DNA of 32,000 bases from Thermodesulfobacterium commune DSM 2178 (GTDB taxonomy: Bacteria; Desulfobacterota; Thermodesulfobacteria; Thermodesulfobacteriales; Thermodesulfobacteriaceae), in the NCBI RefSeq assembly GCF_000734015.1, contig NZ_CP008796.1, positions 1,470,001-1,502,000 on the forward strand. Direction: 5' to 3'. Numbering within the stretch: the stretch's first letter is position 1; each line of letters begins with the position of its first letter. Below the pieces are notes generated by a model. It was not told where the DNA came from. It did no database searches and saw nothing but the letters and a program-made list of their open reading frames with translations. Made by a program: the position numbers and the translations under genes. Shown piece after piece: positions 23,875 to 31,310 of the stretch.

Positions 23875-25218
23875 ATGAAAAAGTTTTTTATCAAAACCTT
23901 AGGATGTAAGGTAAACCAAGTAGAAAGTGCTTACATCGTAGAAAAACTCACAAAAAAAGGGTATATACTGACTGAAAAAGAGGAAGAAGCTGATTTTTTC
24001 ATCCTTAATTCCTGTATAGTTACCGCAAGAGCAGAAGCTGAGGGAAGGAAGCTTATTAAAAGATGGAATAAGTTAAACCCCGATTTAATCATCGTTGCAG
24101 GTTGTTACCCTCAGGCTTATCCGGATAACCTTAAAGGTTGGGGAGAAAAGGCTCAGATTAAAAATCTTCTTCTCTTAGGGCAGAAAGAAAAATTAAAAAT
24201 TGACATCTTTTTAGAAGAACTTCCTTTTTTAAAAGGCTATACCTTTTCTGAACCAAAGGTTTTTATCGAAGGTCTTTCTAAAGAAAAAGAAGTTGAGGCC
24301 CTTTTTATAGAAAGATACTTTTCTCGCTCAAGGGCCTTTATCAAAATTCAGGATGGGTGCGACCAATTTTGTAGTTATTGTATAGTTCCTTATTCAAGAG
24401 GAACGCCTCGGAGTTTGCCTTTAGAAAAGGTTTTAGCAGAAATCGAGAAAGTCTTGCTTGCTGGCTACGAAGAAATAGTACTTACAGGGATCCATCTTGG
24501 GCAGTGGGGAAAAGATCTGATGCCCAAACAGAATCTACCAGATTTACTTTGGGAAATAGAAAAACTCTTTGAGAAACAAAAAAAAGACCTGATTTTAAGG
24601 CTCTCTTCTTTAGAAGTAACAGAAATAACCCCTGAATTTTTAGAGTTTGCTAAAAGCAGTGCCTTTTTAGCCCCCCATTTTCATATCCCTCTACAGAGTG
24701 GTTCTGACAGAATCTTAGCCCTTATGAACAGACACTATACCGCTAAAGATTATTTAACTGTTTTAGAAAAACTCTATAATCTTTATCCCCAGGCAACCTT
24801 TGGAGCAGATGTAATCGTAGGATTTCCGTCAGAGGATGAATGGGATTTTCAAAAAACCAAAGAAGTTATAGAAAAGTCTCCTTTAAACTGGCTCCATGTT
24901 TTCCCTTTTTCTCCAAGGCCTGGCACTCAAGCAGAAAAAATAACCCCAAAGGTCCCCCCTGAGATAATAAAATCTCGGGTAAACTTTTTAAAAAACTTAG
25001 GGAGCCAAAAAAGGGAAGTTTTTTTATCCCAAGAAGTGGGCCAAATTAGAAGGGCGGTGGTTGAGACCATCAAAGAAACTGAGGCTCAAGCCCTTTCAGA
25101 AAACTACATCTCCCATAAAATCATGTTACCTCAAGGTTTATGTTTAGCCAAAGGGAAGGTATTAAAGGTCAGGTTTATAGCTAAAGAAGGAGACTATTTA
25201 TTAGGTGAAGTCTTATAA
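23875..25218 (+). CDS. mtaB: tRNA methylthiotransferase, MtaB-like (ms2t6A37), with UPF0004, radical SAM and TRAM domains
   Basis: FFIKTLGCKVNQVESAYI N-terminal cluster, radical SAM CDQFCSYC and a C-terminal TRAM-like beta domain. The start is 6 nt after the ATP-grasp stop. MtaB versus another MTTase subfamily is judged only from the GCKVNQ-E motif. Confidence 0.75.
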   Translation: MKKFFIKTLGCKVNQVESAYIVEKLTKKGYILTEKEEEADFFILNSCIVTARAEAEGRKLIKRWNKLNPDLIIVAGCYPQAYPDNLKGWGEKAQIKNLLLLGQKEKLKIDIFLEELPFLKGYTFSEPKVFIEGLSKEKEVEALFIERYFSRSRAFIKIQDGCDQFCSYCIVPYSRGTPRSLPLEKVLAEIEKVLLAGYEEIVLTGIHLGQWGKDLMPKQNLPDLLWEIEKLFEKQKKDLILRLSSLEVTEITPEFLEFAKSSAFLAPHFHIPLQSGSDRILALMNRHYTAKDYLTVLEKLYNLYPQATFGADVIVGFPSEDEWDFQKTKEVIEKSPLNWLHVFPFSPRPGTQAEKITPKVPPEIIKSRVNFLKNLGSQKREVFLSQEVGQIRRAVVETIKETEAQALSENYISHKIMLPQGLCLAKGKVLKVRFIAKEGDYLLGEVL

Positions 25219-25799
25219 ATCTTAATAAAAAGCAAGGTGTAATGAAAACCAGAGGCTAAGGTAAAAAAGATAACCAGCTGGCCAAACACAAAAATAAACG
25301 TAGGGTTTAACCGAAGGACCAGCAAATGGAAAAGATAGGTAAAGATAAACCCTATCTGTAAGGCAGTTGAAACCTTTCCTAAGTAGGTTGGTTGAAACTC
25401 TATCCTTTTTGAAGACCGTAAATAAAGATAAACAGCCCCAAGAAGAATACCTAAGTCTCTAATCAAAACGATGACAAAAAAATCAAAAGGTAGAAGACGA
25501 TCATAATAAAGCAAGAAAAACATCACGTTTATAAACGTTTTATCTGCTATAGGGTCAAGGATCTTTCCCAGCTTGGTTTCCCAGTGAAAAGTCCTGGCAA
25601 GAAATCCATCTAAAGCATCGCTAAGTCCCCCTGTCAGAAGAAGAAGCAAAAACACATAAACCGGAAGATTTTTGGTCCATAAAATCGGAAAAACTATCGC
25701 AAGAATCAGTCGATAAAGGCTTAAAAGATTGGGAAGTTTTAGCATGTCTTTTAACATAAGGTTCATAGATTTTAAATAATACCGTATTTTTAAAAACAA
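25194..25799 (-). CDS. CDP-alcohol phosphatidyltransferase family protein (PgsA-like)
   Basis: DALDGFLARTFHWETKLGKILDPIADK matches D-x2-DG-x2-AR...G-x3-D-x3-D, with multiple TM helices. The start may be an internal Met (25766/25757/25745). The 3' end overlaps convergent mtaB by 25 nt. Confidence 0.8.
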   Translation of the reverse strand: MFLKIRYYLKSMNLMLKDMLKLPNLLSLYRLILAIVFPILWTKNLPVYVFLLLLLTGGLSDALDGFLARTFHWETKLGKILDPIADKTFINVMFFLLYYDRLLPFDFFVIVLIRDLGILLGAVYLYLRSSKRIEFQPTYLGKVSTALQIGFIFTYLFHLLVLRLNPTFIFVFGQLVIFFTLASGFHYTLLFIKIYKTSPNK

Positions 25800-25807
25800 T
25801 AAAGTTT

Positions 25808-27352
25808 TTAGACTTCGGAAATTTCAAGGATCTTTTCTATGTTAAAAACCCTTTCCTTACTTCGAAGTTTACAAAAAGCTCTTAGACCAAGGAAGGTTTT
25901 ACCTTGATAACTCATCTCTTTCATTTCTAAAGGCACAATCCTTCTGCAAGTTTTTATGTTTGAACTTTTTAAATAAACAATTTCTATTTCTCTGTTTTGT
26001 TCTATAGCCTTTCTAATGGCTTCAATTTTTTCGTTTAAGCCAAGTTTTTCGCTTGCCTTGATATATTGAAAGTTTGTTAAAAATTTTACCACCTTTTTGT
26101 CTAACTTTATATGGCTCTTTTTAACAGGTTTGGTAAGCACGATCCCATCAAGACTAATCCCTCGAGAAAGAGCGACATATAACTGTCCATGGGCAAAGGT
26201 GCCTCTTTCTAAGTCTATTACGAGGTTTTTAAACGTTAGACCTTGACTTTTATGGATGGTTATCGCCCAGGCCAGTTTTAAAGGAAACTGGACAAAATGT
26301 CCTACAGATCTTACCTCTATTTTAGAAGAGGTTTTATCAAAATAATGTTCATATATATCCCATTTAAAAGGAGTTACCTCAACAAGATAGCCTCGCTGTA
26401 AATCTACTTCTATTAACTGCTCTTCAGGGTCTATGTATACCACCCTTCCTATGTCTCCGTTTACCCATCTACCTTGAGGGTCGTTGGCTACAAGCATTAC
26501 CTGGGCACCTTCTTTAATCTTTAATTCTAACGGAGCTGGTAAATCCTCTGTTTCTATCTTACCGTGGATCTTGCCACAAAACTCAAAGGATTTGCCTGGA
26601 AGTCTTTCTAACCTGGTAAGGTTTATCTGTTCTGCTTTAGCGTTGGTGGTGGTAAGATAGACATATACCTCGTCTTCTTCAGGCTCAAAATTAGGTATTA
26701 CCCTTTGATTAAGTATTTCTAAAGTTTCGTCTTTTAACATCCCGTTTCTTATCTGGTTTAAGATTTCGATAAAAGTCAAGTCAGTTTGACGATAGACCTT
26801 CTCAAACTCGATAAACTCAAAAGGGGTTTCTTTAAAGGCTTTAGAGGAGAAAAAATAAGGTGTTTCATAAAGATGGTTAAAGATTTCTTTTTCTTTTGAG
26901 GTAACCACCGGAGGTAGTTGGTACAGGTCTCCGATAAGCACCATCTGAACTCCGCCAAAGGGTTTCTTAGGGGAAGGGCCCCATCTTCTTAAAAAAGCCT
27001 CTATACAATCAAAAAGGTCTGCCCTTACCATAGAAATTTCGTCGATAATCAATGTGTTAAGGTGTTTATAAACCTCTCTTAGATCTTCGTTGGGTTGAAG
27101 CCGATATACCTTATCTAAGGTTATGTCTGGCTTAAAACCAAAAAACGAATGGATGGTTTGTCCCCTTACGTTAAGAGCCGCAACCCCAGTAGGAGCAAGG
27201 ACTACCATAGACTTAGGAAGTTTTTTTATTAAATACCTAAGAAAGGTGGACTTGCCAGTCCCAGCACGACCGGTTATTAAAAGATTTTGATGAGAGTTGG
27301 CAACAAGTTCCCAGGCCTTTTTAAACTGTGGATTAAACTCAATATCCTTCAT
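25808..27352 (-). CDS. PIF1/RecD-family SF1B helicase with a C-terminal WYL-like domain
   Basis: Walker A LITGRAGTGKST, Walker B LIIDEISMV, VLIGDLYQLPPV, and motif V/VI TIHKSQGLTF...YVALSR. The last ~90 aa (EIEIVYLKSSNIKTCRRIVPLEMKEMSYQGKTFLGLRAFCKLRSKERVFNIEKILEI) follow the WYL-domain pattern. Confidence 0.8.
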   Translation of the reverse strand: MKDIEFNPQFKKAWELVANSHQNLLITGRAGTGKSTFLRYLIKKLPKSMVVLAPTGVAALNVRGQTIHSFFGFKPDITLDKVYRLQPNEDLREVYKHLNTLIIDEISMVRADLFDCIEAFLRRWGPSPKKPFGGVQMVLIGDLYQLPPVVTSKEKEIFNHLYETPYFFSSKAFKETPFEFIEFEKVYRQTDLTFIEILNQIRNGMLKDETLEILNQRVIPNFEPEEDEVYVYLTTTNAKAEQINLTRLERLPGKSFEFCGKIHGKIETEDLPAPLELKIKEGAQVMLVANDPQGRWVNGDIGRVVYIDPEEQLIEVDLQRGYLVEVTPFKWDIYEHYFDKTSSKIEVRSVGHFVQFPLKLAWAITIHKSQGLTFKNLVIDLERGTFAHGQLYVALSRGISLDGIVLTKPVKKSHIKLDKKVVKFLTNFQYIKASEKLGLNEKIEAIRKAIEQNREIEIVYLKSSNIKTCRRIVPLEMKEMSYQGKTFLGLRAFCKLRSKERVFNIEKILEISEV

Positions 27353-27379
27353 AATCCTTAGCCTTATTTTAACCTCTAT

Positions 27380-27408
27380 ATTCTAAAAATAAAACTCAGA
27401 ATAGCCAA
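27380..27408 (-). promoter_or_regulatory. Candidate sigma70 promoter of the PIF1-like gene
   Basis: On the minus strand: TTGGCT (27408-27403), a 17-nt spacer, then TAGAAT (27385-27380). An AAGGA RBS precedes the ATG at 27352. Confidence 0.4.
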
Positions 27409-27468
27409 CGGTTGCCATAAACTTAGATGGTGCTATTTTAAAAATACCTGATATTACCGATCTTAAGA

Positions 27469-27497
27469 TTTGAAAAGAAAGTTATTTACCTGTAAAA
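27469..27497 (+). promoter_or_regulatory. Candidate sigma70 promoter of topA
   Basis: TTGAAA (27469-27474), a 17-nt spacer, then TAAAAT (27492-27497), about 80 nt upstream of the ATG at 27577. Confidence 0.45.
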
Positions 27498-27576
27498 TTC
27501 TTTCATCGATGAATCAGATTGTTTTGATCGGTAGTACATAGGGAATTAACTAAAAAATTTAAGGCAAAACACGGTA

Positions 27577-29235
27577 ATGGGTAAAAAGCTTTTTATAGTT
27601 GAATCTCCAACCAAGGTTAAAACTTTACAAAAGATTTTATCTTCAAAAGACTTTATCTTTAAAGCCACCTTTGGTCATATTAAAGACTTGCCTCCGAAAA
27701 CCTTAGGAGTTGATTTAAACACCTTTCACCCTTCTTTTTATTATATAAGTTCAAAGAAAAAGATACTTTCAGACCTGAAAAAATTAGTCTCTAAAGTTGA
27801 AGAAGTTTATTTAGCTACCGACCCAGACCGAGAGGGAGAAGCCATAAGTTTTCACCTCTATGAATACCTAAGCTCTGTTAACAAAAACTTAATCTTTAAA
27901 CGGGTAGACCTTATAGAAATTACTGAGTTCGGGGTAAAACAGGCCTTAAATTCTGTAAGAGACCTTGATAAAGGGCTTTACCTTGCTTACCAATCAAGAA
28001 GGGTCTTAGACCGTATCATAGGATATCTAATTTCTCCTAAACTTTCTAAAGCCCTTAACCTTCCTCTTTCAGCAGGAAGGGTTCAAAGTCCTGCTTTGAG
28101 GCTGATTGTTGAACGTGAAGAAGAGATAGAAAAATTTGTCCCTGAAACCAGTTTTTCCTTAAGGGTTAAGGTAAAAGATAAAAATAACAACGTTTACGAA
28201 CTCGATTTATGGTTTAAAAAAGAGCTATATAAAGACAAAGACCCTAAAAAGTTAGAGGATTTTTTTTACCATTATTTAGCTGGTAAAACCCTTTCGTTAG
28301 ACAACATAACCGAAAAAAAGGCTCTTAAACAACCTCCTTATCCTTTAAAAACTACCACCCTTATAGAGGCAGCAGGAAGTTCCTTAGGGTTTAGTCCCAA
28401 GGAGACGATGGCACTTGCTCAGGCTCTCTATGAAAAAGGATTGATCACTTATATGCGGACTGATTCGGTAAGGGTTAGTCCTGTAGCCAAAAAGGCTGCT
28501 AAGGATTTTATCCTTGCGAATTTCGGAGAAAAATATCTGGGAAAGGAAAGGAGAGTTAAAGCCTCTAAGTTTGAACAAGGTGCCCACGAATGCATAAGAC
28601 CTACCAACCTTTTCCAAGAGCCCAAAAATTTAACCTCAAAAGAAAAGGCCCTTTATACGTTGATTAAAAACTTTTTCTTAGCAAGCCAAATGAGTCAGGC
28701 GGAATTTTTGGAGTTAACCTATGTTTTTGGAAAAGATCTTTTACCTAAAGGATGGTTTTTGGTTACCAAGCGTAAGACCTTGGTTTTTGAAGGATTTTTA
28801 AAGGTTTTAAAAGGAACAGAGAACTATGACCTACCTCTTGGGCTAAAAGAAGGAGACCAGCTCAAGGTGCTCTCTTTTGAAATAAGAGAACATAAGACCA
28901 AACCTCCTGAAAGATATACCCCCCACAGCTTAGTAAAAAAACTTGAAAGCTTAGGGATTGGAAGGCCTTCTACCTATGCAACCATCCTGGATGTGTTGTT
29001 TAAAAGGAACTACATAGAAAAAGAAGGAAAGTCACTTAAACCCACCCCATTAGGAAGATTGGTATGTCGCTTACTTTTAGAAGGAGCTAAAGTTTTTATG
29101 GACTATAAATATACCGCAGAGATGGAAGAAAAGCTTGACCTTGTTGCCAGGGGCGAAGCTACTTATGAAAGTGTAGTAAAAGAGGCCTATGAACTGATAA
29201 AGACCTGTCGTTTTCCTTCGAGGGTTTCCACATAG
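27577..29235 (+). CDS. topA: Type IA DNA topoisomerase (topoisomerase I core, domains D1-D4 only, no C-terminal Zn-ribbon domain)
   Basis: TOPRIM motifs LFIVESPTK (catalytic Glu) and ATDPDREGEAI, plus SAGRVQSPALRLIVERE, the active-site Tyr in ITYMRTDS, GAHECIRPT and GIGRPSTYATI. The protein ends about 60 aa after the last core motif, with no CxxC pairs. Confidence 0.85.
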   Translation: MGKKLFIVESPTKVKTLQKILSSKDFIFKATFGHIKDLPPKTLGVDLNTFHPSFYYISSKKKILSDLKKLVSKVEEVYLATDPDREGEAISFHLYEYLSSVNKNLIFKRVDLIEITEFGVKQALNSVRDLDKGLYLAYQSRRVLDRIIGYLISPKLSKALNLPLSAGRVQSPALRLIVEREEEIEKFVPETSFSLRVKVKDKNNNVYELDLWFKKELYKDKDPKKLEDFFYHYLAGKTLSLDNITEKKALKQPPYPLKTTTLIEAAGSSLGFSPKETMALAQALYEKGLITYMRTDSVRVSPVAKKAAKDFILANFGEKYLGKERRVKASKFEQGAHECIRPTNLFQEPKNLTSKEKALYTLIKNFFLASQMSQAEFLELTYVFGKDLLPKGWFLVTKRKTLVFEGFLKVLKGTENYDLPLGLKEGDQLKVLSFEIREHKTKPPERYTPHSLVKKLESLGIGRPSTYATILDVLFKRNYIEKEGKSLKPTPLGRLVCRLLLEGAKVFMDYKYTAEMEEKLDLVARGEATYESVVKEAYELIKTCRFPSRVST

Positions 29236-29264
29236 GGAGGATAAATTTTATTTTTAAACCTGCC

Positions 29265-29293
29265 TTGACAAAATAAAGAGAAAAGAGTAAATT
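29265..29293 (+). promoter_or_regulatory. Candidate promoter of tRNA-Lys
   Basis: TTGACA (29265-29270), a 17-nt spacer, then TAAATT (29288-29293). The tRNA 5' end is 15 nt downstream. Confidence 0.4.
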
Positions 29294-29307
29294 TAAAAAT
29301 ATCATCT

Positions 29308-29380
29308 GGGCCGTTAGCTCAAACGGTAGAGCAATGGACTCTTAATCCATAGGTTGGAGGTTCGAGTCCTCCACGGCCCA
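29308..29380 (+). tRNA. tRNA-Lys (anticodon CUU), CCA not encoded
   Basis: Manual cloverleaf: acceptor GGGCCGT/ACGGCCC plus discriminator A; D-arm GCTC..GAGC; anticodon stem ATGGA/TCCAT with loop CT-CTT-AA; T-arm GGAGG-TTCGAGT-CCTCC. Confidence 0.9.
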
Positions 29381-29481
29381 TTTTTTCCTTTACTCAGAAC
29401 ACTCAACCACACCACCACACCATACCACACCCTTTTTTCAAAGGACTATCAGATTTTTTTCTTCTAAAGTTGTATATAGAA

Positions 29482-29732
29482 ATGTATAGAGGAATAAAAA
29501 ACCTCTATCTAATTAAGGGGAAAATTGTATTTCGGGCTCACATCAGAAAAAAATAAATCTAAAAGTTACAATATGGAAAGTTATAGGTAGATCTGAGGAC
29601 TTTACGGAAGAAGAGCTCAGAAAAATAGCTTCAGAACTTTTAAGAAAGGTATGGCAAAAGGAAAGTGTTTCTTTATCAGCTCAGCAAAAAAATCTACCAC
29701 TAAAGCATCAGAAAAACAAAAGCAGCTTTTGA
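29482..29732 (+). pseudogene. Possible frameshifted N-terminal debris of a tRNA-associated tyrosine integrase
   Basis: Fragment 1 (29482-29556) reads MYRGIKNLYLIKGKIVFRAHIRKK*. Fragment 2, in another frame (29586-29732), reads GRSEDFTEEELRKIASELLRKVWQ.... Together they resemble the N-terminal arm-type region of P4-like integrases (GLYL-v-G-k-F-R...lG...t-eeAR-a). The position immediately 3' of a tRNA fits. Weak, short similarity only. Confidence 0.3.
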
Positions 29733-30114
29733 GGTTTTGCCTGAGGGAAAGAGGATAGTGGATGTATCGTTTGATTTCGAGTATTACAGTTCTTCGGTGA
29801 TAAATTATTTGATGTAGAAAGAGGGCTAAGGTGATAGAGGTATTTCAAGGGGATTCAGTTTACAAGTTACAAGGTAGTATATTTGGTATTGTTGGAGATG
29901 AACGAGAGATACAGGAGTAGGATTTTACCTGGATTTAAAGAAGCGATATCTAATTTTAGGAGGGGACTTCTTACCCAAAATTGGTAGACACAATTAAATA
30001 AACACTATGACCAAAGACTTTGAAAAATTTTTCTATATAAACAAAAAAATACACTTTTCAAACAAAATCCAAAAGTTGCCAAAAACTAAAAAAGAAGTAT
30101 ACTATCAAACCAAG

Positions 30115-31305
30115 ATGAAGATTCCTAACCGGAAAGGATATTTTGGGAAGTTTGGAGGAAGGTTTGTCCCTGAGACCTTAATTCCCCTTCTTTACGACCT
30201 GGAAAAGGCTTATCTTAAAGTAAAAAAAGATCCCTCTTTTTGGAAAGAATGGCAATACCTTCTTAAGGAATATGCCGGGAGACCAACCCCTCTATATTTT
30301 GCCCAAAATCTTTCCTCTTACCTTGGGAAAAAGATCAAAATCTACTTAAAAAGAGAAGACCTTCTTCATACCGGAGCCCACAAAATCAACAACACCATCG
30401 GTCAGGTTCTTCTGGCTAAGAGGATGGGTAAAAACCGGATCATTGCTGAAACAGGAGCAGGACAGCACGGGGTAGCTACAGCCACTGCCTGTGCGCTTTT
30501 AGGCCTAAATTGTGTGGTCTACATGGGGGCTAAAGACACTGAAAGGCAAAAATTAAACGTCTTCAGGATGAAGCTTTTAGGAGCAGAAGTAGTCCCTGTC
30601 TATTCTGGTACTCAAACCTTAAAAGACGCCATAAACGAAGCCCTGAGAGATTGGGTTACTAACGTAACCTCTACTTTATACGTAATCGGCTCAGTGGTAG
30701 GGCCTCATCCTTACCCTATGATGGTAAGAGATTTCCAAAGTATTATCGGGCTTGAGATAAAAAAACAGATCCTAAAAAAAGAAGGACGTCTCCCTGATTT
30801 AGTGCTTGCCTGTGTAGGAGGAGGCTCCAATGCCATGGGGACTTTTTATCCCTTTAGGCAGGACCTTCAGGTAAGACTTGTCGGGGTTGAAGCCGCAGGA
30901 GAAGGCTTACATACAGACCATCATTCAGCTACCTTAGCCGTAGGAGAACCTGGGGTCTTACATGGGATGCTTACCTATCTACTTCAAGATAGGGTAGGGC
31001 AGATAAAAGGAGCTCACTCTATAGCCCCTGGGCTTGATTATCCAGGGGTAGGGCCTGAACATGCCTATTTTAAAGACTCAGGCCGGGCTGAGTATGTGTC
31101 AGTTACCGATGAGGAAGCCCTTGAGGCCTTTCAATTACTTTCTGAAAAAGAAGGCATCATCCCTGCGTTAGAGTCTGCCCATGCAGTAGCTTATCTTTTA
31201 AAAATTGCTAAAGACCTCCCTAAAGACACCATCGTGGTGATAACCCTTTCTGGAAGAGGAGATAAAGACGTTGCCTCTGTAAGAGAATACTTGGAAGGGA
31301 ACTAA
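30115..31305 (+). CDS. trpB: Tryptophan synthase beta chain
   Basis: [31 protein letters not shown] (PLP lysine), [20 protein letters not shown] and SGRGDKD. The ORF is open from ATG at 30007, but those 36 extra residues have no counterpart in TrpB, so ATG at 30115 is preferred. Confidence 0.9.
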   Translation: MKIPNRKGYFGKFGGRFVPETLIPLLYDLEKAYLKVKKDPSFWKEWQYLLKEYAGRPTPLYFAQNLSSYLGKKIKIYLKREDLLHTGAHKINNTIGQVLLAKRMGKNRIIAETGAGQHGVATATACALLGLNCVVYMGAKDTERQKLNVFRMKLLGAEVVPVYSGTQTLKDAINEALRDWVTNVTSTLYVIGSVVGPHPYPMMVRDFQSIIGLEIKKQILKKEGRLPDLVLACVGGGSNAMGTFYPFRQDLQVRLVGVEAAGEGLHTDHHSATLAVGEPGVLHGMLTYLLQDRVGQIKGAHSIAPGLDYPGVGPEHAYFKDSGRAEYVSVTDEEALEAFQLLSEKEGIIPALESAHAVAYLLKIAKDLPKDTIVVITLSGRGDKDVASVREYLEGN

Positions 31306-31310
31306 GCTTG

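Noticed and set aside
21725-24572. ORFs 21725..21922 (-), 22232..22420 (-), 22755..22961 (-), 22825..23019 (+) and 24378..24572 (+)
   Set aside because: They are contained in aroF, the rSAM gene or mtaB, either out of frame or antisense, with no independent evidence.
27455-27535. An 8-bp inverted repeat (taccgatc ... gatcggta) spanning the topA promoter and leader
   Set aside because: The arms are about 60 nt apart and short. This is plausible by chance, and no recognisable riboswitch or leader structure was seen.
25621-28617. ORFs 25621..25827 (-), 26776..26958 (-) and 28384..28617 (-)
   Set aside because: They are alternative-frame or antisense ORFs within the CDP-alcohol transferase, PIF1 and topA genes.
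29381-29440. A T-run and CA-rich tract right after the tRNA (ttttttcc...caccaccacaccataccacaccc) as a possible att core or terminator
   Set aside because: There is no stem-loop and no second copy in the window. It is noted only as context for the integrase-debris finding.
29730-29960. Clusters of GAG/TAG triplets upstream of trpB that might suggest a TRAP-type binding site
   Set aside because: Spacing between the triplets is irregular, not the 2-3-nt spacers of TRAP sites. TRAP regulation is restricted to Bacillus-like Firmicutes, and the region looks like gene debris instead.
30007-30114. A 36-codon N-terminal extension of trpB ([14 protein letters not shown]...)
   Set aside because: The extension is lysine-rich and low-complexity, with no counterpart in TrpB proteins. 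The conserved N-terminus (GYFGKFGG) follows the internal ATG at 30115.
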